Notes under the pieces: model-generated
Seen by the model: only the letters and a program-made list of their open reading frames with translations
What the model was told of the DNA's origin: nothing
The model's database searches: none
Shown here: positions 1 to 10,900 of the stretch, piece by piece
Position numbering within the stretch: position 1 is the stretch's first letter
Layout of the letters: the number at the start of each line of letters is the position of its first letter
Position numbers and translations under genes: made by a program
NCBI GenBank assembly: GCA_040954595.2
Contig: CM082589.2
Span: 11,730,894-11,794,893 of the forward strand
Direction: 5' to 3'
Length of the DNA stretch: 64,000 nucleotides
Source: Balanoglossus misakiensis
Taxonomy: Eukaryota > Animalia > Hemichordata

Positions 1-1710
1 TCTTCTGGTTTTATCACTGTAAAATAAATCATTAAAACATTATTGTTATTGTCAAAATTTCTCTCATAACAAACTTAAAATTCAGATGTCCTGATAAAAA
101 CTGCTTCTCATTTTGACCACATGGTACAGAAATTTGTTACATACCTTGTCTTATCTTGTGTCTTGGTTGAGCCAGACAATGCAGGGAGTTCTTCTATTCC
201 TGACATTTGACTCGTTTCCCTGAAACATTCAAACAAGTTTTAGAAATTGGCACAAATTGTTGTTCACATATTTTGAAACTTGAAAGTAGTATTATAATAC
301 CCATGTTGACTTGTAGAAAAGTTTGTTATAGTGTTATACTAGCAGACTATAAGGCACAGTATACTCAGTCCAAAAGCAAAAGCTATTACCACTACTAGGT
401 CTATGACCATTAAATTGTCAGATTGTCTTGTTATGGACCATAGGTCAAAAAGAACATAAAATGCAATGATTGTAAATAGCAAATGCCTAGGTAGAGCCCT
501 GAGTAAATGAATAAAAAATCTTACCCATGATCACTGGACACAATTGATGACATCTCTGACATCTCAGACATTCTTGCAATATGTTGTTGGCCTGCAGTGG
601 GTGTTGAACTTCGAGGATGTTTGGAGGGTCGTTTCCTTTAAAAATACATGTACCCATAAATTATGAAGTTGTACAAACACCAATTTAGATAATATTGTTA
701 TTCAATCCTGATTTTTCTCTAGTGTCTAAAAGATGAACAGATTTACTTGACTCAAATGTTTGTGTTTGAGATCAAGAGAGCTGCACTTGGTTTATTTGTG
801 AAGTACAATGTAAATGGATTGTCCCTTTGTTTGCAGGATTGAACCCTGTTTTACATGCATGAACCCATGTTGAACACAAACCTGAACTTCTTACACACCT
901 GATAACAAGTTAACCGACAATGGTATGGGCGATTTATACAAAACAGGTTAAAAATATTACTTACCCATGACCAGATGAAACTGAAGATGAGCACGAAATG
1001 TCTTGCTGCAATGGCTCAACGCCAACCGTCACATGTGACGAAGCTTGACCACTCGTGCTTGGAACAGGCTGAAATGTAGTACCTTGGTCTGGGGAGTCCG
1101 GTGACTGTTCATTTCGGTTTTTATTGTAACTGTGACAAGATCAGAAATCGAAATATTTTGATCAGATGTTTAACAAATCTTACGGATTTGAAACCGGCGG
1201 ACAAAAGAACACGATGGACGAAGATTTAGATGAAGAGTTAAAATGACGATTTACACTTTACACAGTGTGTAAACATTGACATGCCAACAAAAACTACAAA
1301 GGGTTGTTCACTACGTTGACAGTGACGCACCGAACATAGGCGATGTTGTCGTGATTTTGATTCGAGTTTTGGTATTTCCGAACATTTGGATGGTCAAAAA
1401 ATGTCATTTCAAAGGCCAAAATATGACGATCGTTGGATATAGTACATGTACATGTACGTGTATTGCTGATTTGTCCAAGGCATCACCGCAGTTCGAAAGC
1501 CCGTCCTACTTACCAATCAATCAGCTCCTCGGCCAAATCGGGGTTTGAAAGCCCTGTTTCGTCGATTAATTCAATCCATCTATCCATCTGTCGTCCGATA
1601 TACACCATGGACCGACGTTTTGTCAAATTGCTTTGTTGCTGTCTCCTCTTCTTCGCCGAGTCTGTCACAGCCGGCCAGCCTGGCCGACGTTTAGCTGTGC
1701 GGGACGCCAT
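1..1710 (-). CDS. 5' part of an intron-containing gene (probable Kolobok transposon-encoded protein); exons 1710-1514, 1129-965, 635-525, 219-145, 16-<1; continues off the window
   Basis: The ORF from ATG 1710 ends at donor TG|GTAAGT (1513). Each later exon has a pyrimidine-rich AG acceptor, and exons 2-4 have GTAAGT/GTAAGA/GTATGT donors. All introns are phase 2 and the spliced frame stays open (MASRTAK...LIDCYNKNRNEQ...GHGKRPSKH...DHGETSQM...KTSDKTRR). The N-terminal VYIG..DRW.EL....L...DLA..LID resembles a motif I recall from ZNF653-like and transposon-associated proteins (not searched). Confidence 0.8.
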
Positions 1711-1729
1711 GTTCTCGTGAAGAATTTAC

Positions 1730-1741
1730 TGCGCATGCGCG
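1730..1741. promoter_or_regulatory. NRF1-type palindromic site just upstream of the minus-strand gene
   Basis: TGCGCATGCGCG matches the consensus YGCGCAYGCGCR, 20 bp upstream of ATG 1710, in a CpG-rich patch. Confidence 0.45.
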
Positions 1742-1966
1742 AGACTCGCGTTTTCTGTGTAATCTGTGTACTCCTGCCCTGGACGCCGCCATAATCGCTT
1801 GCCGCAACGTTTTATTATATGTCTTGCTCGTAGTTACGCGTGCGATTTTTGTCGCTGGTCAGATATATGTGTTTATGTACGCTTCAATAAGTATATCTAC
1901 ATGAGCAATCTTTCATTTGAATGTAAAATAATGAAAATAATGCCCACAGTTACAGCTTAAGTGCCT

Positions 1967-2941
1967 TTAAGCTATGACGCTATGTCCACGTCAGCTGTGC
2001 AATGGTCCTGTACAGTGACTCTCTATTGGCCCGTGAGCAGAATGGGACCACAATAAAAGACCAAATTTTGGGCTCACCTGTAACACCTGCTTAACTCATT
2101 AATTATGTGCATACCTAATTCCAGGCTAACTAAAACGGCTAGAGGTTTTGTTCTTGTGGGATATGGACCAGTATGGGATCAAAAATTTTTGCCCAAATTT
2201 TGGGTGACCTCAGGTGACCTTTGACCTACTTTCCTATATCTCGGCATCCACAGCAGGTACAGACTTGGCGTTTGGAGGGTTGTGACTAAAATTGAAAAGA
2301 CAAAATTAGGGTTCACCTGTGACACCTGCTTATCTCATTAATTATGTGCATACCTAATTCCAGGGTAGCCAATAGGGCTAGAGGTTTGATTTTTGTTGAA
2401 CATGGACCAGTATGGGGTTAAAATTTCTTGCCCAATTTTGGATGACCTCAAGTGACCTTTGACCTACTTTACCATATCTCGGCAACCAGCGCAGATACAG
2501 CCTTGGCATTTGGAGGCATGGAACTCCTAATGAAGCCTGAAACGTTACCTCATTAATTATGTGCATATCTAATTCTAGGCGAACCAATAGGGTTAGAGGC
2601 CTGATTTTTGTTGGACCTGGACTGGTATGGGGTCAACAATTTTTGCTAAACTTTCGGATGGCCTCAGGTGACCTTTAACCTACTTTCCTATATCTCGGCA
2701 TCCAGGACAGGTACAGCATTTGTGTTTGGATGGATCGAACTATTGATAGAGTCTTACACTTTACATCATTAATTATGCGCATATCTAATTTCAGACAAAC
2801 CAATAGGGCTAGAGGTCTGGTTTCTGTTGGACCTGGACTAGTATGGGGGTCAAAACTTTTTGCCCAAATTTTGGGTGACCACATATGACCTTTGACCTTC
2901 GGCTTAAGCTTGTGCCCGTCATCGCTGCTTGCAGCTATATT
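1967..2941 (+). mobile_element. Helentron/HINE-like non-autonomous element, copy 1 (5' part interrupted), with internal ~215-240-bp tandem repeats
   Basis: TCATTAATTATG(T/C)GCATA(C/T)CTAATT recurs at ~2095, 2334, 2549 and 2766. The element ends in hairpin GCTGC-TT-GCAGC followed by TATATT, the same end as copy 2. Confidence 0.55.
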
Positions 2942-4108
2942 CTTCTACTTCTTTTTCTTCTTCTGTCGTTTTCTTTGGCGAGGTAGATCTGGAAAACTGC
3001 TAAACCTACCAATTTCAAACTTGGCACAATGGTGCAGGCCAATGAGAGCTAGTGCAGTACCCTTGTGAATGTTTAATAAGTCATGTGACCTGATGACCAT
3101 ATATGGGCAAAATTTTCAAATCGACCTAATTTGCATATGAATGGAGATATCAAAATTCTGTTCAGATGCTTTGTGGACCACATAGCCAGGGTTCTACATG
3201 CCAAATGTCAAGGCCATAGGCCATGTCAATTTTGAGAAGAAGATTTTTAAGTATTATTTTTCATATTTTTCGCCCAAGCCATGTGCCTATACTTTACATA
3301 GTAAAGCTATGACAACATATTATTTTGGATAAATATGCATACATATCTCAAAATCTGTTAGGCCGATCATCTCCAACTTTGGTGTGCAGCTAGCCTAGCA
3401 TTTGTCAATAATTTTAAGCGGAAAAAAATAATATGAAAAATCGACCGATTTTTTTATATCAATTTTTTTATTAAATTTATACCTTTACTTATACCTCTAT
3501 GGTTAAGCTATGTCCATGTCTTATTGTGGAATTCTGGTCTGTGCAATAGTCTTGTACAGTGACTATCTATTGGTCAGTGAGCACAATGGCACCAAAATAG
3601 AAGGCAAAATTTTAGGCTCACCTGTAACACCTGCTTAACTCATTAATTATGTGCAAACCTAATGCCAGGCTAACCAATAGGGCTATAGGTTTGGTTTTTG
3701 TTGAACATGGACCAGTATAGGGTCAAAATTTCTTGCCCAAATTTTGTATGACCTCAGGTGACCTTTGACCTACTTTACCATATCTTGGCATCCAGAGCAG
3801 GTACAGACTTGGCGTTTGGAGGGTTGCGACTAAAATTGAAAAGGCAACACTGGGGGTCACCTGTGACACCTGCCTAACTCATTAATTATGTGCATACCTA
3901 ATTCCAGGCTAACCAATAGGGTTATAAGTTTGGTTTTTGTTGAACATGGACCAGTATAGGGTCAAAATTTCTTGCCCAAATTCTGCATGAACTCAGGTGA
4001 CCTTTGACCTACTTTACCATATCTTGGCATCCAGAGCAGATATGCTTATTGCTATGTTGCTATGTGCTATGTTGGCTTGGGCCCGCTATTGCTGCTTGCA
4101 GCTATATT
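2942..4108 (+). mobile_element. Helentron/HINE-like non-autonomous element, copy 2
   Basis: Starts with a (CTT)n-like microsatellite followed by TTCAAACTTGGCAC. Internal 239-bp repeats at ~3639 and 3878 are homologous to copy 1. Ends GCTGCTTGCAGCTATATT at 4108. Confidence 0.55.
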
Positions 4109-4109
4109 G

Positions 4110-5340
4110 TTGTAATTGTGATGAGTTGGGTTTGCGAATGACCCATCTTCCCTCATTCGTTCAAGCAGTGCATGCTTCGTGGATTAACAGATTAATGTCC
4201 AATCAATATTCTCAGTGGATAGAAATGTTTAAACTGTGGGTATATCCCCTGCTATCTTACCCACTTCACCCCCGCTCAGGTCGTGGAGTTTGCCAGAAAC
4301 AGATTTTCACGTCATAGCTTCTGGTACCTAGTACTACTATGTTGGTCAAAAACTATACCCCCCCCCCCCCCGACCCTATTAATAACATAAAAAAGTGTAT
4401 ATGGTTCAACCAGAGCTGAAAGTTAACAACGCTACCATATTTTATAAAAACTGGTATGATAATGTTGTAATGTATATTTCGGATTTATTAGATTTTTCCG
4501 GTTCCATTTTATCTTTCCAAGATTTTAGTAACAGACATAATTTTTCACCAAACTTCATATGGGTTTAATCAACGCTTTTCCAAGATCACGGTTCAGAAAG
4601 ATTCAGCAACAAGGCTCTGTAAATAATGCCCACCCAAACATGTATTACACAAATAGATCCTGAAAAAAACCTACTCTATTTTACTTATTTTTGAAGAATA
4701 ATCTTAAACCGATGAGATGTACGCAAAAATGGAAAGACCTCTTCGGGAATTTTGATTCGCAATTACACTATGCTTTACCATTTATTGTAACAAAGGATTC
4801 TACTTTGCGTAATTTTCAATTCAGAATTGCTAGTAGAATATGTACTACAAATACATTTTTAAAGATAAGGGGGAAAATGCGATTCTGTGAAATGCACCTT
4901 CTGTGAAAATTATGAGGAAATCCTTATACATTTATTTTTCGAATGCGACTGTATTTTGTCTTTTTGGAAGGATGTAGAGCTGCAATTACAGACAAAGTGT
5001 AATATTGCCATTGAGCTGTCCCTTTTGATGTTTTGGTGGGTATAAAATAGAATTTTCAAAGTAACCACACAAACGATGAGTGGTTAGCCCTGAATTACTT
5101 TATATTACTTTCAAAGACTTTTATCTTTAAATATAAATTTAAGCCAGTATTGCCAAACCTTCGCACATTTTTATCTTACCTCAATAATATACAAAAAATT
5201 GATACTTACCAAGCAAAGGCAATGGAGAATCACACACACTACAGGTACTGGAATATTTTCAAAAAATTCTGTACTTGAACATTTTGTTTTCTTTTGAGAT
5301 GTAGAGATGTTTTGTCTAGTTTATGACAATAAAAAAAATA
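4110..5340 (+). pseudogene. Decayed 3' fragment of an L1/Tx1-type LINE ORF2 (zinc-knuckle region) with A-rich tail
   Basis: Broken frames give LGL..HLPSF..A...SWINRL, IWFN, IFYKNW, LRNFQFRI..RI.TTN.FL and CTFC...E...HLFFEC....FW, typical of the L1/Tx1 ORF2 C-terminus. Ends AATAAAAAAAATA at ~5328-5340. Confidence 0.75.
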
Positions 5341-6540
5341 ATCCAAACCTAAAAAGTTGTCAAAAATTTGCTTCGCAAAAAGAAAAATCACAATAGTTGC
5401 TTTGTCTTTGGGTTGAATATTTTCAAAATTGCCGAAGAAAATAATTTAAAAATCATATAATTAAATAATCAAAAATTAATTTTACTCCTATTTGCACTTC
5501 CCGTAAAGAGCAGTGTCTAAGCTTTCTAAAAATATAAGGTTTATGTACTTTGAAGTTAGCTTTATTGTTGTAGGAGAGGATATAGTACCCCCTACCCCAA
5601 GACCATGCGTAATCCCATAGGATACATGCATTTCAAAGTTGTCTCTAAAGAAGTATTGTATTGTTATATAACTAATGTTAACATTTGTTTTCTTGTTTAA
5701 TAAATAGAAGTCAATAATCCAAACCCCCAAAAGATGTCAAAAATTTGCTTCACAAAAAGAAAATCACAATTGTTGCGTTGTCTTTGGGGTGAATATTTTC
5801 AAAATTGCCGAAAAAATTAATTTAAAAATCTTATAATTAAATATTCATAATTTTTTTATAATTAAGTTTGTGCTTCCCGTAAAGAGCAGTGTCTAAGCTT
5901 TCTAAAAATATAAGGTTTATGTAATTTTTTGCTAGTTTTATTTTTTTAGGAGAGGATATAGTACCCCCTACGCCAAGACCATGCGTAATCCCATAGGATA
6001 CATGCATTTCAAAGTTGTCTCTAAAGAAGTATTGTATTGTTAAATAACTAATGTTAACATTTGTTTTCTTGTTTAATATATAGAATTAAATAATCCAAAC
6101 CTAAAAAGTAGTCAAAAATTTGCTTCACAAAAATAAAATCACAATTGTAACATTGTCTTTTGAGTGAAAACTTTCAAAATTGCCGAAAAAATTAATTTAA
6201 AAATCATCTAATTAAATATTCATAAATATTGTTTAATAAAGTTTGTGCTTCCCGTAAAGAGCAGTATCTAAGCTTTCTAAAAAATATAAGGTTTATGTAA
6301 TTTCATGGTAGTTTTATTTTTTTAGGAGAGAATATAGTACCCCCTACCCCAACTCATTTTTCGCCATTTTGAGCGGCACATACCATTCAAAAACCACCCC
6401 GGAGGGGTAGTGCAACCCAAAATATTCAATGTTAACATTTTTTTTCTTGTTCAGCACGTTCTATAGAACAAAAAAATACCCAAGTGGTAGGTTTATGGGG
6501 GGGTGGTGGTGCTCGGTGGACCCCTCCAGCCCACGGACTA
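5341..6540. mobile_element. End fragment of a TIR DNA transposon (Academ-like ...GGACTA terminus) with ~376-bp subterminal tandem repeats
   Basis: About 2.7 copies of a ~376-bp unit start near 5340, 5715 and 6092. The segment ends CCACGGACTA (reverse complement TAGTCCGTGG), the same TAGTCC start as the element at 37415, directly against the satellite. Confidence 0.5.
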
Positions 6541-7399
6541 TCTGCATTTTTGGAGTGGTCGAAAGTTTTAACATACAATCAACATGTCATATATGATCAG
6601 GGCACCAAATTCGAAGAACAAAGATTTTTTTAGTTTTTTTTTTCTAAAAATGACATTTTCAAGGAAAATTTGGTAAAACGCAATTTTGTCTGCAGTGAGG
6701 CAAATTAGACGGTCTTTTGTGGAATTTGTATCGATATATATATACGAAGAGCATTCTATACTCCATCAGATTTCCGAAAATGTAGAAAACAGGTATTTTT
6801 TGTAATTTTCAAAAATTTACCATTTTGACCAAATTGTGGCTAAAATTGTTATTTTCGTATTGAATGCCGCCAGTGTCACTGCATTTAAAAGTCATAAAAA
6901 CTTTAAACATACAAGCTATTGTTTATATATGATCAGGTCACCGAATTAAAAAAAATAAAGAATGCTTTGCCTAAAAATGACCTTTTTGGTGCAAAAACGA
7001 ATAAAACGCAATTTTGTATTAAATTAGAGTGCATTTTTTATAATCAGCACCATTTTTACATATAATGGAAATTTCATACATCATCAGATATCCAAATATG
7101 AAAAAATGCTTTAGATTTTAGATGATTGTCCAAAATTAGCTGATAACAGATAAATGTAGTATTAAACCGTTCTGTTCCCCCCCCCCTACATTACATGCGG
7201 TACGCCGATGTCAGCTTACCCGGCAGTACTGCAGGCCGTGCCCCCAACTAACGTCGGTGTTTGAAGCGCCCTGGTTAAATTCGGGCTTTCTCTATAAATT
7301 GACAGGCAATAATGCAGTCCTACCAGAACAAATGTCGAGTGTTGACCCGCTGTGACTTTCCCTCTTCGGTTTGCCCGACTTAGCCAATGTCTTTGTACT

Positions 7400-7950
7400 A
7401 GAGTGTCGGGTCTTTTGCAGAGCCAGGCCGAAGGAAATCCGACTTGATCACCGTTGCTAACGAACGCTAGTGTCTGTCATGGTGTGCCGGGGTTTTAGTC
7501 GAGCCAGGCCGTAGGAGATCTGACTTGATCATCGTGGTCAATGTACGCGTGTTTCCACTCTAAAGTGCCGGGGCTTCAGCTAAACCAGGCCGTAGGAAAT
7601 CCGACGTAATCACCGTTGATAACTTACGCCAGTCTGTGTCATATAGAGCCGGTGCACCAGCCGAGTCACGCCGTAGGAAATCTGACTTGATCAACGTGGT
7701 TAATGTACGCGTGTTTCTGCTCTAGAGTGCCGGGGCTTCAGCTGAGCCAGGCCGTAGAAAACCCATGCCGTAGAAAATCTGACTTGATCACCGTTGCTAA
7801 CGTACGCTTGTGTCTGTCATAATTAGACGGAGATTTAGCCGAGCCAGGCCGTAGAAAAATCGACTTGTCCAACGTTACCAGTGTGCAACTGTTTCTGCTC
7901 TAGAGTGTCAGGGTTTTAGCCGACTTATGCTGTAGGAAATCTGAGTTGAT
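7400..7950 (+). repeat. 81-bp subrepeat domain of the first unit (present in every unit, ~6-18 copies)
   Basis: AGCCAGGCCG-like anchors at 7421, 7502, 7583 and 7664 are exactly 81 bp apart. Two alternating subtypes form a 162-bp dimer. Confidence 0.95.
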
Positions 7951-10900
7951 GAACGGGAATTCAATGTTAGAAAACCTGTGTGGAAAGTATCTCTACCCGT
8001 TTGAAACTAATAAAAGAATTTATTCTTATTTATTTTGTAAAAAAGACAATTTTTCGAAAAAAAGTCGAAAATGGTAATTTTGTCTTGGGTGATTCAAATT
8101 ATACCACCTTTTCTGGAATTTGCAGCACTTTTTACAAGAGAACGACACTTCATGCTCCATAATATTTCCGAAAATGAAGAAAAGAGTTAAATTTTTATGA
8201 TTTTTTAAAAATTTACCATTTTTGTCAAAATATGGCCAAAATGGCTATTTTTTCTTGAATTCCGTCAATATCTCTGCATTTTTGGTGTGGTCGAAAGTTT
8301 AAACATACAATCAACATGTCATTATGATCGGGGCACCAAATTCGAAGAACAAAGGTTTTTTTATTTTTTTTTTCTAAAAATGACATTTTCAAGGAAAATT
8401 TGGTAAAACGCAATTTTGTCTGCAGTGAGCCAAATTAGACGGTCTTTTGTGGAATTTGTATCGATATATACATACGAAGAGCATTCTATACTCGATCAGA
8501 TTCCCGAAAATGTAGAAAACAGGTATTTTTTGTAATTTTCAAAAATTTTCCATTTTGACCAAATTGTGCTAAAATTGTTATTTTCGTGTTGAATGCCGCC
8601 AGTGTCACTGCTTTTAAAAGTCATAAAAACTTTTAACATACAAGCAATTCTTTATATATGATCAGGTCACCGAATTAAAAAAATAAAGAATTTTTTGCCT
8701 AAAAATGACCTTCTAGGTGCAAAAACGAATAAAACGTAATTTTGTATTAAATCAGCTCATTCAGAGTGCATTTTTTATAATCAGCACCATTTTTACATAA
8801 AATGGAAATTTCATACATCATCAGATATCCAAATATGAAACAATGATTTGGATTTTAGATGATTGTCCAAAATTAGCTGATATCTAATAAATGTAGTATT
8901 GAACCGTTCTGTTTGCCCCCCCCCCTACATTATATGCGGTATGCCGATGTCAGCTTACCCGGCAGTACTGCAGGCCGTGCCCCCAACTAACGTCGGTGTT
9001 TGGAACGCCCTGGTTAAATTCGGGCTTTCTCTATAAATTGACAGGCAATAATGCAGTCCTACCCGAACAAATGTCGAGTGTTGACCCGCTGTGACTTACC
9101 CTCTTCGGTTTGCCCGACTTAGCCAACGTCTTTGTACTAGAGTGTCGGGTCTTTTGCAGAGCCAGGCCGAAGGAAATCCGACTTGATCACCGTTGCTAAC
9201 GAACGCTAGTGTCTGTCATGGTGTGCCGGGGTTTTAGTCGAGCCAGGCCGTAGGAGATCTGACTTGATCATCGTGGTCAATGTACGCGTGTTTCCACTCT
9301 AAAGTGCCGGGGCTTCAGCTAAACCAGGCCGTAGGAAATCCGACGTGATCACCGTTGATAACTTACGCCAGTCTGTGTCATATAGAGCCGGTGCACCAGC
9401 CGAGTCACGCCGTAGGAAATCTGACTTGATCAACGTGGTTAATGTACGCGTGTTTCTGCTCTAGAGTGCCGGGGCTTCAGCTGAGCCAGGCCGTAGAAAA
9501 CCCATGCCGTAGAAAATCTGACTTGATCACCGTTGCTAACGTACGCTTGTGTCTGTCATATTTAGACGGAGATTTAGCCGAGCCAGGCCGTAGAAAAATC
9601 GACTTGTCCAACGTTACCAGTGTGCAACTGTTTCTGCTCTAGAGTGTCAGGGTTTTAGCCGACTTATGCTGTAGGAAATCTGAGTTGATGAACGGGAATT
9701 CAATGTTAGAAAACCTGTGTGGAAAGTATCTCTACCCGTTTGAAACTAAGAAAATAATTTATTCTTATTTATTTTGTAAAAAAGACAATTTTTCGAAAAA
9801 AAGTCGAAAATGGTAATTTTGTCTTGGGTGATTCAAATTATACCACCTTTTCTGGAATTTGTAGCACTTTTTACAAGAGAACGACACTTCATGCTCCATA
9901 ATATTTCCGAAAATGAAGAAAAGAGTTAAATTTTTATGATTTTTTAAAAATTTACCATTTTTGTCAAAATATGGCCAAAATGGCTATTTTTTCTTGAATT
10001 CCGTCAATATCTCTGCATTTTTGGTGTGGTCGAAAGTTTAAACATACAATCAACATGTCATTATGATCGGGGCACCAAATTCGAAGAACAAAGGTTTTTT
10101 TATTTTTTTTCTTCTAAAAATGACATTTTCAAGGAAAATTTGGTAAAACGCAATTTTGTCTGCAGTGAGCCAAATTAGACGGTCTTTTGTGGAATTTGTA
10201 TCGATATATACATACGAAGAGCATTCTATACTCGATCAGATTCCCGAAAATGTAGAAAACAGGTATTTTTTGTAATTTTCAAAAATTTTCCATTTTGACC
10301 AAATTGTGCTAAAATTGTTATTTTCGTGTTGAATGCCGCCAGTGTCACTGCTTTTAAAAGTCATAAAAACTTTTAACATACAAGCAATTCTTTATATATG
10401 ATCAGGTCACCGAATTAAAAAAATAAAGAATTTTTTGCCTAAAAATGACCTTCTAGGTGCAAAAACGAATAAAACGTAATTTTGTATTAAATCAGCTCAT
10501 TCAGAGTGCATTTTTTATAATCAGCACCATTTTTACATATAATGGAAATTTCATACATCATCAGATATCCAAATATGAAACAATGATTTGGATTTTAGAT
10601 GATTGTCCAAAATTAGCTGATATCTAATAAATGTAGTATTGAACCGTTCTGTTTGCCCCCCCCCTACATTATATGCGGTATGCCGATGTCAGCTTACCCG
10701 GCAGTACTGCAGGCCGTGCCCCCAACTAACGTCGGTGTTTGGAACGCCCTGGTTAAATTCGGGCTTTCTCTATAAATTGACAGGCAATAATGCAGTCCTA
10801 CCCGAACAAATGTCGAGTGTTGACCCGCTGTGACTTACCCTCTTCGGTTTGCCCGACTTAGCCAACGTCTTTGTACTAGAGTGTCGGGTCTTTTGCAGAG

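Larger units (their letters stand above)
1..1966 (-). mobile_element. Probable Kolobok-superfamily DNA transposon, 5' end (rest outside window)
   Basis: Minus strand reads TTAA|AGGCACT... (TTAA at 1967-1970), matching the Kolobok TTAA target and AGG terminus. The TTAA belongs to the neighbouring repeat (uninterrupted paralog GGTTAAGCTATG at ~3501). The other TIR is not visible. Confidence 0.55.

Noticed and set aside
7190-7420. 5S rRNA, snRNA, SL RNA or tRNA gene in the unit's unique spacer
   Set aside because: No recognisable 5S, U snRNA, Sm-site or B-box sequence on either strand by eye. An Rfam scan is needed to exclude it fully.
7421-7950. 81-bp subunit as a 27-aa protein repeat
   Set aside because: Recurrent stops occur in all six frames (TCTAGA, CCGTAG, ACTTGA), and one subunit variant carries 2 extra bases.
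7942-7958. CENP-B box-like TGAGTTGATGAACGGGA
   Set aside because: It lacks the essential TTCG at positions 2-5; only the CGGG end matches.
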